64,000 bases of DNA from Callorhinchus milii. Lineage: Eukaryota. The stretch is from assembly GCF_018977255.1 (NCBI RefSeq), contig NW_024704746.1, forward strand, positions 68,138,001-68,202,000, written 5' to 3'. The translations under genes and the position numbers were made by a program. A model generated the notes under the pieces. That model saw only the letters and a list, made by a program, of their open reading frames with translations. It was not told where the DNA came from and ran no database searches. How positions within the stretch are numbered: the first letter of the stretch is position 1; every line of letters starts with the position of its first letter. This document shows, one piece after another, positions 12,022 through 24,901 of this stretch.

Positions 12022-15000
12022 CTGACCAATACAGACATTATGAGGAGTGGGGGGTGGGTGGGAGGGGGTGGGGTAGAGGGAGGGAAGGAGGGAGGAAGGT
12101 GGAATACGGAACAAAAAACATAGTAGGTCAATTTTGTGACTGCGTGTGATCTGCTAATCAACACCTATGGGAAGCACTTTGAAATGTTTCGTTGTTCTAT
12201 CCTACAGAAATGGAAGTTTTTCCTTTCTTAACTGGGCCGACAAGGGGCGGATGAAGTTCAACACAGATAAATGCAAATTACGGAATTTAGGAAGAATGGG
12301 AAACTTGGGCGCTCCACGGATGGGATTCAACTTGTCAAGGGTGAGGCTGAAACACTTGTGGTGTTATTGCTCATTGCTCAACATGTCAAAATGGTGTAAC
12401 AGGAATAAACAAAGCAAACAGGATGCTGGACTACATTGCCAACCCAGTTGAGTTCAGATCCCAGACACCAGACATGATCGCCAGAACTAGAGGGATGAGC
12501 TGTGAGCAACGATCAGACAAGTTGGGGCTTATCAATGTCGAAAAGGCACAGGTACAGAGGGTGTGAAGGGCAATTTCAGGACAGACACCAGGAAATATTT
12601 CTTTATCCAGGATGTGATGGATATTCTGAAGGGATGAGGTCAGACAAGCTGAATGGCCTTCTTTATCCAAACCAATCTTGTGTCTTTGTGAAATGAATAA
12701 TTTACAGAACAGTGCCATTTTAACCCCAGATGTGTTATCCATTCCCAGCATCTGGATCAGCACCCGCCCGAAGAAAAAAACACAAATGGTCCGAAGAAAA
12801 AAAGTTGATAAAAACTGACGTTATTTCCATGTCAACATTTTCATATTGCACTCACCTGATCATCCTCCCCGAGGGGTGGCCTGCGGGTACTCCCCACAGC
12901 CTGTCGCTGGGCTGCAAATGTCAGGCAACAGAAAGTCACTAAACAACAACAGCTTGCATTTACACAGCGCCCCTCATGTAGGGCAGCGTCCCAGAGCGCA
13001 TGATAGTGTCAGAGCACGAAGGGGGGAGGGGGAGATGACCATAGGCACGGAGGAAGGTCGGAGGAAGGTCTTCAGGCACGACCTGAAGATGGGGAAGGAA
13101 GAGGCCAGGCGGAGGGACAGAGGGAGAGTGTTCCAGAGTTTCGGGGGGTAGTGCCTCACAAAAAGCCTCACCAGTGTGATTTCTTTCACCTTCAGGTGCT
13201 AATTGACCGACTGTGAATTGCAAGGCATCCACTGTAGTAACATAGGTGTGTTTTAGACACTTTGCTGCTCTCTCTGGAACTCTCTCCTTAAATGCCTCCA
13301 CCTCGCACAAGCCCCCTCAGCTTTCAAAAACCCTCTGAAAAAGCTACAACTTGGACTGAAAGTTATTACTCAGGACAGTGCAGTTACTTCCACTGGTCGG
13401 TGACTATAGACATCAATGTAAGAGTTAGCAAGTGTGCAAAGTGAGAGGTTAAGAGGTTTGTTCTACAATAATAATAATCCTTGCATTTGATAAAGCGCTT
13501 TTCACGTCGGGAGGACGTCCCAAAGCGATGCGCAGAATATACTGTAAAGTGAATTGACTGTATATTTGTGGGCGAACGCGGCAGCCAATTGCGCACAGCA
13601 ATGTCCCACAAACAGTCGTAGATTGAAAATGACCAATTTATTATTGCTTTTGGTTTTGGAGGGATTATTATTAGGCTCTGTGTGGAGTAAGGAAACTTGC
13701 CCAAGGTTTCGCCCTCTTCCTGGAATTGAACTCAGGTCTCTCACTTACAAAGCGAGTGCTCTAATCACTGAGCTACAGCTACACAGGATGTGGAAAGCCC
13801 TGCTGTGTGCTGTGGTCGAGTCACAATCCATATAAACTTTCTAGAGGAAACTTTGCTCCTTTAATATCTTATCCCCCCTCCAGTAGAAAAAGCCCCCATG
13901 TAAAAAAATCTGATCCTAGCTCAGGGTTGGAAGGGAGATGGACAATAGTGTGCCGTCCTAATGGAGGTCATTGCTATTGTGTGCGAGTAGAGAAGCTACT
14001 TACAACATCTGCGTTTTACCACCAAAGCAGCAAATCCTGTTACACCACATCCCACAAGTATACTGACCGAGATGCTGATGTAAATCCAGAGATATCTGGT
14101 GCGGTCTGTAAATCAGGGACAATAAGAGATGGTTTATGCGGTACGGAAACTCTGTTACATACAGTCAAAAATAATAATAATAATCCTTGCATTTCATACA
14201 GAGTTAATCACATCACTGAGATGTCTCAAAGCTCTTCCCAGGATCTACTTGAAGTGTAGTGACTCTGTGTTTATGCGGACGAACACGGCAGCCAATCTGC
14301 GCACAGCAATGTCCCGCATATGGCTTTGGTGTGAATGATCAATTTTATCTCAGGGATTGTTAGTCAGGAGACTGGGAGAAACTTTTGAGATGATTATCAC
14401 ATTGCACTCAAATCAACTCAACCAACCGGTCAGAGGGAAAACAGATACTGTCTGACTGTCTTGCTACATCGACCTGTCCACTCCCTCCGTTCAACAGGCT
14501 CAAGCTTGTTCTGGCCAATCCTACCATTAACGGTCAGGCTCTCAGCCATTCTGACCCACCCTTTGGAACTCCATCCCACATTCCCTTCACCTCACCCCCT
14601 CCTTTGCCTCCTTCAAGGCACATCTCAAGACCCTCCTTTTCGACCGCGCCTTCGGTCACCCTCCAACCCCCACCGTCCCTGCCCTCCACCTTTCCTGATC
14701 CCAAACCCCAGCTCTGGTCCAAATAATAATAATAATAATCCTTGCACTTGATATAATGCTTTTCACGTCTTCTCGACGTCTCAAAGCGCTTCACAGAATA
14801 TACTGTAAAGTGAATTGACTGTATGTTTGTGGGCGAACGCGGCAGCCAATTGCGCACAGCAATGTCCCACAAACAGTCATGGATTGAAAATGACCAATTT
14901 ATTATTGTTTTGTTTTTTTGGAGGGATTATTATTCCCTGACTGTCCAGCTCAACGCCTTGGGACGTCCTCCTGACTTGAAAGGCGGTGTGTAAATATCAT

Positions 15001-18000
15001 GTGTTGTTGGTGTTGGTGTTGTTGTTGTCTAACCTCCGATCCAGGGGTGGGCAAAATACGTCCCGCGGGCCATATCCGGTCCGCCAAATGATTCTATCCA
15101 GCCCGTCATTGTGTCCAGCAATAGAAAAAAATTATAGTTTGTTCAGTCCCGGAAAGGATCAGTTTTAAATGCGTCCCTTATGTTTCTTACGTTTGTCACA
15201 CAGCGTCGATGTTTAATTGCTAAAGCCGTTAGTTTTTTTTTGCATTTCAATCAGACCGGGAACGTCAGCCAATCACACGGCTTAGTTGTGCGCCGGCTCC
15301 CTTCAGCGTTGAATCGGGCTGACGTCAGAAATTTACTGATCGGCGAATTTTCAAACACGGTGTCGGCCACGGCACGAGCAGCGTAAAGCCTCACCGCCAT
15401 TAATAATTTTCACCGATGAGGACGTCACTGTGATTTATCCGTTTATTACGCGTTTGCATTTTTTGTGCACCGATTTGGTATCTGTATCTATATCGCCCAT
15501 AAACCGCGAATGTTAATTCGAAATGAGTTTATCAAAGAAAAGGAAAGCGGACGCTGGAGGCCGAATATTCAACAAAGAATGGACTTCCAAATATTTTTTT
15601 TTACCGGTGTGGGTGGAAAAGCTGCGGCCTTAATTTCCAAAGCAAGTGTGGCAGCGCTCAACTTGAATCGGCATTTGGAGAGCAAACACGCTTGCAAATA
15701 TAAGAACTTTTCTGCCGAAGAAGAAGGAAAAAAAGCTGGTGAGAGATGGTTGTTCGAATGCAAAAAGAGCAAAGCATTTTCACGGAACAATTCGAGTCCC
15801 TGGAAGAGATTACAAGAGTGAGTTACGTGATTGCACACAAAATCGCCAAGAACAGCAAACCATTCTCTGAAGGAGAATTTATAAAAGAATGCATTGACTC
15901 TGCCTCGATTTTATGCCCAGACAAGAAAAAATAGTTCGGGAACAATAGCTTGTCAAGGCGAACTACTGTGAGACGTGTCGAGGATATCTCTGAGAACCTG
16001 TATCTGCAGTTAAAAAATAAAGTAAACAATTTTGCATGTTTTTCACTGGCACTCGATGAGAGTTGTGATGTCAAAGACACAGCCCAGTTGATATTTTTTT
16101 ATTCAAGGTATCACCAAACATCTTGAGCTCACAGAAGAATTGGCATCAACGCAGTCAATGAAAGATACGACAACTGGAGAAGACTTTTTGGAGGCAGTAA
16201 ATAAGTGCGTCTTAAAATTAGGAGTGGATTGGAAAAGAATGGTGAATGTGACCACCGATGGAAGCCCAAATCTGACGGGCAAAAATGTTGGGTTACTGAA
16301 AAGAATTCAAGATCAAGTCAAAGAAACAAATCCAGAACAGAATATTGTTTTTCTACACTGCATTATCCACCAAGAGGTCCTCTGTGAGAGTGTTCTAAAA
16401 CTAAGCAATGTCGTGGACACAGTTACGGAAGTGGTCAACTCCATTCGAGCAAAAGGATTAAGCCACAGGCAATGCGTAACGCCGCTTGAGGAATTGGAAT
16501 CCGAGCACACGGATGTTCTGTGTCACACGAATGTAAGATGGCTCAGTTTAGGAAAGGTCTTGAAAAGAGTGTGAGAACTGAGAGCAGAGATTGATTTATT
16601 TTTGGACCTCAAACAAAAAGATTGGGATTTCCCACAGCTGAATGATGCCAATTGGCTCTGATTTCGCATTTGCCGTTAATATCATGGGCCATGTGAACGA
16701 ATTGAATTCAAAGCTGCAGCGGAAGGGCCTTTGTGCACGATTTGTATTGCGGCGTCAAGTCATTTATGACAAAATGACTTATTTTATCGCGTCAGATAGG
16801 AAACAGGCAGTTCGCCCACTTTCTAACTTTGCAGCAGATCAAAGCCTTAAAAAGTATACTTCGTCACTATTTGGCTTACGTGCCAAATTTTTTTGACGAT
16901 TCCAGGATTTCAATTTGATTGACAATGACCTGTCTTTAGTCTCTTCACCTTTCTCATTTGATGTTGACAAAGCCCCACTTGGCCTCCAATTTGAGCTTAT
17001 TGACCTGCAATGTGATCCATTGCTTGCGGAGCAATTCAAATCAGTGCCGCTTCCCAGTTTTTACGCTTCTCTTAATGAATATACCTTTCAAAAAATAAAG
17101 GCTCATGCCCAGAGGAGGCTTGAGCTGTTTGGATCAACATACATATGCGAGCAGACATTTTCTGTGATGAAATTCAATAAATCAAAACAGAGATCTGCGA
17201 TGACTGATGACCACCTTGCAGCAGTACTCCGCATTGCAACAACGGAGACAACGCCTGACTTCAGTTGTCTGGTTAACGCACATCAGCGCTTTCATTCTTC
17301 CCATTGAGTGAGCGTCTCACATTCTCATCAACATGTGAATAAATGAATAAATATCGAATAAATGTCTGCTCGATGAGTTGTTTTTATTTAACCTAATTTT
17401 AACGAATGTCAATTATATGGACTTTATTTTATGCACGTACAAGCGTAAGGCTTGATTTTGAGCTATTATTAAGCGTTTGCATCTATGTTAAGTGTGTGAC
17501 CCGTGAAGCTTACCAAAACTCATGAAGCCAAAATAATTTCCCACCCTGCTCCAATCGTTTGGCTGAGTGGAGTCCAGCCCCACCAGCAGCACAAAATGCC
17601 ACACTTGACATCTGCAATGGCAGCCACCAACAGCTTCCGGTCCTACCAATGTGTTGAGGTAAGTGGAGGAGGGGGTGGGAAGGGGATGGGTGGTAGCATC
17701 AAACCAGTTGCCAAACAGCCTGGACTCAGCTCAACCAACATTGCCCACAAATGTACAGTCAAATCACTTTACAGTCTATTCTGTGAAGCGCTTTGAGACG
17801 TCGAGAAGACGTGAAAAGCGCTATATCAAACGCGAGGATTATTATTTTTTATGATAACCAAACAATCAGAAGTGAGACAGTCGCTTTCAAGATGAATTGA
17901 AAAAATATTTGCAATTTTCACATATTTGCACGTTTCCCACCCAATGTCAGGTACCTACGTGCTGAGCCTTCGTGTGGTTTTGTATAGGTGTTCTCGCTGC

Positions 18001-21000
18001 GTACATGTGTATAAGTTCACCTAACCACAGGACGCCTGAAATGGCATGAGCTGGACAGCCTGAGCCACAGGAGGTGCAACCTTCGCGACAGAGAGCTTCA
18101 GGCTGCTCTCCGCTTGCTGCACCGATCAGCGGAAACTCTGAGGTGTGCACAAGTTAGACCAGTGTTGTCTCGGGTCCCACCGCACCCTCGCTGTTTCTTC
18201 CCATCTAACCTTCACACGTTAGCATTTCACAGAAATTAAAAGCTAAAAATATTTCATAAGCGAGAAGGCACAAATACAAGCTGGTCAGCAGCAGATCTAA
18301 CAGGGCGTTTAGGAGGAAATTACCCACAAAATTTACAGTCAATTCACTTTTTAGTATATCCTGTGAAGTGCTTTGAGACGTCTCGAAGACGTGATAAGGA
18401 GGTGTATCAAATGCAAGATTATTAACATTAATATTTGCATTTAATACAACGTCTTTCACATCCTTGCGCTGTCTCAAAGCACTTCACAGGATTTACTGCG
18501 ATGTACAGCGACTCCCAGCAAACAGCCATGAAGTGAATCTGGACTCACTCCATGAGTGAGGTGTAAACCATGATGATTTCTGATGGGCTTTTATTCCTGT
18601 TAGACTTGCAGGGTGGCCATTCTGGAGAGGACAGTATCAGAGTGGCGTTGTTGTGGCTCAATCGGCCCAAGTCCCTGTTCATGTGACTTGGTTTCCCTTT
18701 GATAGAAGTCAGGACCTTGCTCTAGCTCCTGCCTCCCTCCCACTATCTTCCTATTACAACATCATCCTCTCTTTACCACCACTACACTTCCAGTAGCCAA
18801 TTCAGATCGCCCTCTGTGGAAAGAATCCTGGTACTTTCTTCATTGTCCTGAAATTTCCCGTCACACCCTCAAACTGTGCCCTTTAGTCCTGCTGCTTTGC
18901 TATGTCTGTAAGCATTGCTCCAAGTTTACTTTCTCTCTGTGTTGAACATCTTACATTATTGGGTCTCGCCTCTGAGTCAGACAAGTTCGATTTGCACGTT
19001 GGGACTTTGAGCTCCCAGTCTAGGCTGATGCTCTGTAGGAGCGTTACATGGTCAGGGGTGACGTCCTTTCGGTGAGACGTTCAACTGAAAATGGTGACTC
19101 GATCCACGACTGTTTGTGGGACGCTGCTGTGCGCAATTAGCTGCTGCATCTCACCCACAATTCACAAAGTCAATTCACTTTACAGTGTATCCTGTGAAGC
19201 ACTTTGCGACGTCTCAAAGACGTGATAAGGCGCTGTATCAAATGCCAGGATTATTATTATTATAGTCGCACAGTAGGATTATTAACGTCCACTTGAACAG
19301 GGCACATGCGAGGAGTTTGGTTTAACATCTCATCTGAAGGACAGGCCTTGGGAGTGGTGTGAAGGAGATTAAACTAACAAAGCTGTTTAACTGGTTCACA
19401 AGTGGCAAAGGTTGGAGCTTGAGTAGGTGCATGAAAGAGGTGAGGTTAAAGAGGTTAAGGTGTAACGTACCCTTGTGTGTTGGAGGTATGAACGCGGTCT
19501 GGTTTATCTCCGACTGCAATGCTGGGTGCTGGACGGTGCACGTGATGTGGGCTCCATCAGAGCAGGTCTCTGTGGAGACGCAAGCAGTGGCTGTCATGTT
19601 GTAGGTTCTGTCGGAGTTTCTGGTCGGAGTGGAGAGGGTCCACTTGGTGAGGCGATGGGCAAGGCAGGTGCTGTGAAATCTCATCTCGATAGATTCCGGG
19701 TAGAAGCCGCTTGCCAAACACATGACCAGGACCCGGGAAGAAGAGTTTTCCACAGGGACCGATGGGAATATCCGAAGGGCAGGACAAGCTGGTTACAAAA
19801 AGTAATGGGAGAGCAATTACAAGGGAGTGAATCCAAGTGCATGGGATAGAGTATGTCACAGAGAGTGTGGCTCTAGTGGACAGGACACTGGGTCAATAAG
19901 TACAACAACAACAACTTGCATTTACATAGCGCCCCTCACGCAGGGCAGCTTGACATGGGTGGAGCACAACACCAAGAGGGGGAAGGTGACTTTAGGCACG
20001 GTCAAAGAGGAAGGACCTGAAGATGAAGAAGGAAGGGGGCAAGGATAAGAGGGAGCGTGTTCCAGAGTTTCAACGCTGAAAGTGCGGCCACTGATGGTAG
20101 AATGGAGTCACCCCATGTAGGAGCCGGAGCCAGTCGAGTGGAGGCAGCGGGGAGTGGAGTGGGGGGAACGGAGGTTTGGGAGGTAGGGAGGGTCAGGGCA
20201 TGAAGGGATTGAAAAGGAATTTGAGGATCTTGAAATCAATCTATTGGGCAATAGATCTCAGTACAGTAAGTAAAGTATTTCTGAAAAAGAAATTGTGTGC
20301 CAGGGCTGGATGAGGCGTCTGGAGTCTAACCAACTAAAATCACAAAACTTGCCTTTGAGACCATCCTCTCCGTTAGGGCTTTGGCTGTGGGGTTACCGGG
20401 GGTGAGGGGGAGGATTCCCTGCCCCCAGTGACTGGTCGGCCCTTCCAGGTCCTGCCGATGAGCCGGGCTGCGCTGCCATCAGCACAGGGACACTGTGGCC
20501 CCTTCTGGCTCAGGAACCGGGGACTAGAGACCGTCACAGAAGGGTGGATCAATTTCGACTTTCTGTTGCCAAACATTTTACCTTAGAGCCAGTTCAGCTC
20601 CGAGGAGACCTCGCTTACCTCCTCCTAAGGAGAATAGGAGGATCAACAAATCAAATTCATCAAACGTGCAAAATAATTACCGGTCACATTCAGCCTCGTC
20701 CCTGTTCCCATGTTTGTGTTTGTCGGAGGAGGTAGGGCTATAGCCAACTCACAGCGATACACTCCACTGTCATTGACTTGTACATCTTTGATTTGCAGAG
20801 TAAACGTTTTATTCGTGACATTGTGCATGACAGCATAGCGAGAGTGATTCAACAAACTGGTTGGTAATGTCACGGTGGAGTTCATGGTATCAGCCTGGAA
20901 ATACCACCGTATTGTAAACCTTTCTAAACGAGCTGCTTCATGCCGACAACTCAATGTCACGCAGTCTCCCTTCGATGCAGTAAGAGCTGATAACTGGTGC

Positions 21001-22207
21001 AAAACCATGTGAGCTGGGTGACACGCTGGAGGGAAGAAATTCAGAAAGGAATTATCACAACAGGTCCATTAGTAATCATACTCCTGAGTTTAAGCTCCCA
21101 CACACACAGCCTTACAAGCCAACAATTCAAAACAAACAGGTACAAATTCACTTGCCTAATTCACTGTAAATGTTGAATCGATCCCCAGGAAACAATAACA
21201 AGCGATATTTACACAGCGCCTTTCACGTTGGGAGACGTCCCAAGGCGCTGGGGGTTGGGATCAGAAGGGTGGAGGCAGGGAGGGTAAGGGTAGGAGGGTG
21301 ACCGAAAGCATGGTCGAAGAAGCGGGTTTTTGAGATGGTAAACCAGGCTGCAGTAGACCATCCCTTGCCTTGAAGGAGGCAAGAAAGGAGGTGAGGCAAA
21401 GGAACCTGAGCTCAAACATACACCCTGTAAATTCAACTCCAGCCCGTCAGATGTTGATGCAAAAAGTGTGTTGTGAGCTGTGAAAATGATCTCGGACCGC
21501 AGGTCACCCCATTTCACATCCTGCATTGAATAGAATCATAAACACTTACATGACCCATTTGGCTCTTCATGTCTGTGTCGGCTCTTTTAAACAGCGATCC
21601 TTTCAGTGATCATTTCAGTCCCATTTACCTGCCTTCCCTACCCCCAAACCCCACGACATCTAACAAAACAGAATACACTGTAAAGTGAATTGACTGTATA
21701 TTTGGTGGGCGAAACCTGGCAGCCAGTTGCGCACACCAGCGTCCCACAAACAGTCATAAATTCAGTGTCCAAATTATTACAGTATTATTAGTTTTTTTTT
21801 GAAGGGATGATAATGCCCGAAAAGTGATCCACCAATCAACTAACAACCGGGTTCCTACTTAGTGCTACGTAAACCGAGGCCGGTGGAGTAAGGAAACTTG
21901 CCTAACAGTTTACTCTGCCCAGTAATCGAACGCAGGTCCTCTCGCCTGTGAGGCGAATGCTCTGACCACTGAGCTACAGGACTCCACAATCACCTCCAGT
22001 CACTGATCCATTGTCACCTTTAACTTTATGTATTCCAATGCGCTTTTCCATCTCAGTGTTTCACAGCCATGTTCCACAACAACAACAGCTTGCACTTATA
22101 TAGCACCCTAACACACGGATTAGCATCTCGGAGTGCTTCACGTTGTTCCTCAGAAGCCCCATACCTGTGAACAACAGCATCAAGGAGAGGTAGGTTAATG
22201 TAGCCAT
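11929..22207 (-). CDS. Inhibitory Ig-superfamily receptor, leader-V(J-joined)-C1-TM-2xITIM, 318 aa; join(22207-22165,21025-20681,19788-19471,14105-14004,12911-12856,12021-11929)
   Basis: All six exons have AG/GT ends and compatible phases (1,1,1,1,0); 957 bp with no internal stop. Signal MATLTYLSLMLLFTA; V ..VTLSC..IRWY..DSGVYRC..LPPP..MGTGTRLNVT; C1 CLASGFYP..ITCTVQHPAL; TM YLWIYISISVSILVGCGVTGFAALVV-KRR; tail ICYAQL and MVYSQV. Confidence 0.9.
12856..12911 (-). CDS. Ig receptor cytoplasmic exon 1
   Basis: tttgcag|..|gtgagt, 56 bp, phase 1-0, SQRQAVGSTRRPPLGEDDQ. Confidence 0.8.
13467..13778 (-). mobile_element. Internally deleted SINE subfamily copy
   Basis: Near reverse complement of 58582-58913. 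Confidence 0.85.
14004..14105 (-). CDS. Ig receptor transmembrane exon
   Basis: gatttacag|..|gtaagt, 102 bp, hydrophobic span followed by KRR stop-transfer. Confidence 0.88.
15042..17548 (+). mobile_element. Full-length decayed hAT (Charlie/Buster/SPIN, GTF2IRD2-like) DNA transposon
   Basis: TIRs caggggtgggcaaaa and taatttcccaccctg; 8-bp TSD ctccgatc/ctccaatc; transposase motifs FSLALDE, TTDGSP, HCIIHQ, RWLS, FGSTYICEQTFS split by stops and frameshifts. Confidence 0.93.
19471..19788 (-). CDS. Ig receptor C1-set exon
   Basis: 318 bp, phase 1-1, C-x-A-x-G-F-Y-P and C-x-V-x-H motifs. Confidence 0.93.
20681..21025 (-). CDS. Ig receptor V-set (VJ-type) exon
   Basis: 345 bp, phase 1-1, canonical Cys/Trp/Cys and GxGT G-strand. 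Confidence 0.95.
21670..21985 (-). mobile_element. Same SINE
   Basis: Reverse-complement head and body. Confidence 0.85.
22165..22207 (-). CDS. Ig receptor leader exon
   Basis: ATG..MATLTYLSLMLLFT G|gtatgg, phase 1. Confidence 0.8.
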
Positions 22208-22499
22208 TTAACCCAAAGATAAGTCTACTTGTCGGAGATCACTGTCGATGCATCCTACGAAATGAAGGTTAGTACGGAGCCGCTGTGAGGAACTTACAGC
22301 CCAACCAGCTCATTTCCTGTAAACCACAAGGCAGTTGATTATTGGTACTCACGACAGTGCTTTCCGATGTTTGGTGTTGTGATGATGCGCTGTATCAAAT
22401 GCAGGGATTATTATTAGATGTGATTTTCCACTTTTTGCAAAAATCATACCAATTGGCATCCTGACCGAGCAATACAAAAATACCTCAAAAGTTGCACTG

Positions 22500-22862
22500 T
22501 AGTGTTGTGATTAGAGAGAGCACTCGCCTCGCAAGCGAGAGGACCTGGGATTAAATCCATGGCCGAGTGACAGCTTTGGCAAATTTCCTTACTCCACATA
22601 CACGCCTCTGTTTACCAGCGGTAAGTAGGAACCTGATTGTTAGTCGATTGGCGGAGCACTTTTCCGGGGATAATAATCCTTCCAAAAAAAAATAAAAAAA
22701 GTTAATCCACAACTGCTTGTGGGACACTGTTGTGTGTAATTGGCTGCCGTGTTACGCTCACAAAATACACAGTCAATCCACTCCTGAGTATACTCTGTGA
22801 AGCGCTTTGAGACGTCTTGAAGACCTGATAAGGCGCGATATCAAACGCAAGGATTATTATAT
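22500..22862 (+). mobile_element. Same SINE
   Basis: Head-body-tail. Confidence 0.85.
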
Positions 22863-23963
22863 ATTCTTATGACAATCAAATGATAACAGATCGAGATGGG
22901 CCGCTTGGTTTCCTCTTGTGCAATAAGCATTCTATCGTTCTAAACCATTCATGTGGGTGCGGGGAGCTTTTGATGTTGCCTAATGTCAGTGTCTCTTGTC
23001 AAATGATCTAACAAGGGAAATGTGGTTTCTTGTGCGCGGGGACTGGCAGTGAATGGAACAAAATACCGCCGAAAGCAGGTCCCAACCAGCCTTCTTCTCA
23101 AGAGAACGCACAGCCAGAGAGACAGGACTACTGCTCGCTCGCTTTGATCTCTGATCTTTCATCCAGGGCTTTGGGGGGGGGTCTTCCTGACATGAAATGC
23201 ACTATACAAATGTAATTTGTTGTTGTCTTGGCCACGTATAAAGCTATTCTTGCGGCCAGAGGCTGTGAGTCGGACTCCAGCTGACTTATCAGATCGGAGG
23301 GTTTCCTGCCGTTGTGTTGCAGTCCCAGTTTCCTGACTGTGACATCGCATCAAGTTCTGAAACGTGTGGCCTGTGGTGTGGAATATAGTAATAATAATAA
23401 TAATAATAATCCTCGCATTTGGTAAAGTGCTTTTCACGTCTTCGAGACATCTCAAAGCACTTCACAGGATACACTGTAAAGTGTAGTGACTGTGTGTTTT
23501 GTAAGTGGAATGCGGCAGACATTTCCGCACAAACGGTTGTGGATTGAGTGACCAAATTATTATTATCATTTTTTTGAAGGGATTATTACCCCCAGGAAAG
23601 CGATCCGCTTCCAAAATTCATTAGAAATTTGCTCCCGTGGCTGTGTAAACCCTTGAATTCGTGATACGATACGGCAGTCCCTGTGGATGTCATGTGCTAA
23701 ATGACACAAATTGATCAAAAACAAATTGACCTCCCTTCCAAAAAACATGCACGATGCCTAAACGAGGGCTAGAGGCCTCCCCATTTAATACAGCAACAAG
23801 GGGGAGAGAGAGGCTAAGCTATCAGGGATGGTATAGAGGTGGTCACATTATTGGCAAGCCGCCATGATAGCGCCATATATGGAAAGCTGTTAAAATACAG
23901 GCTGTAAAATGCAGCAAAAAGTACTGTGAAACCTTCTCGATACCTTTCCCTCTGTGTAAATAA

Positions 23964-24315
23964 CAAAAATAATCCTCGCATTTGATGCAGGGCCTTATCA
24001 CGTCTGTGAGACGACTCAAAGCGCTTCACAGGATATACTGTAAAGTGAATTGACTGTATATTTTGTGGGCAAAAAACAGCAGCCAATTGCACATAGAAGT
24101 GTCCCACAAACAGTCGTGGATTGTGTAAGCAACTTGTTTTTTGAAGGGATTATTACTCCCAGAAAGTGATCCATCAATTGACTAACAACCGGGTTCCTAC
24201 TCACTGTGGGGTGTGGGGTAAGGAAACTTGCCCAATGTTTTGCTCTGCCCGGGAATCAAACCCGGGTCCTCTCGCTCCCAACGTGAGTGCTCTAACCACC
24301 GAGCTACAGAACTCC
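23964..24315 (-). mobile_element. Same SINE
   Basis: Reverse-complement full copy. Confidence 0.87.
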
Positions 24316-24339
24316 ACTATATATGTATATATAATTATA

Positions 24340-24900
24340 AACTTTCTCTATAACTTTCTGTGTATGTATATTTATATACAGACACACTGTAACTCTGTGT
24401 ATATACACTATATCTCTGTGTGTTTATATACATTGTATCTCTGTATATATGTGTACACTGTATCTCTGTGTATATACACTGTATATCTGTGTATATATAC
24501 ACTGTATCTCTGTGTATATACACTGTATATCTATGTATATATACACTGTATCTGTGTGTATACACTGTGGATATATATCTGTGTGTAAACACTGAGTTCA
24601 TATATATACAGTCTCTCTGTGTGTAAACACTGTGTATAAATACACTGTGTCTCCGTGTGTAAACACAGTATCTCTGTGTGTAAACACAGTATCTCTGTGT
24701 GTAAACACAGTATCTCTGTGTGTAAACACAGTATCTCTGTGTGTATACATAATGTATATACTGTATATACTGTATCACTATGTGTAAACACTGTGTATAT
24801 ATAGATCCACTGTACCTCTGTGTGTAAACATTGCGTATATATACTGTATCTCTGTATGTATACATTGTATCAGTGTGTGTATACACTGTATCTGTGTGTG
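24340..24900. repeat. Degenerate AT/AC-rich minisatellite (about 19-21 bp, e.g. gtgtgtaaacacagtatctct)
   Basis: Visible tandem units. Confidence 0.9.
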
Positions 24901-24901
24901 A

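Noticed and set aside
13807-14259. 150-aa plus-strand ORF
   Set aside because: Antisense to the TM exon and runs into a SINE
18020-18110. TCR-alpha-like TM fragments (LKLSVAKVA / LLWLRLSSS)
   Set aside because: Needs two frameshifts, and a clean TM exon exists at 14004-14105
18543-18720. Minus-frame ending IMVYTSLME* as an ITIM tail
   Set aside because: No pyrimidine tract or acceptor; it lies upstream of the TM exon; the true tail is at 11929-12021
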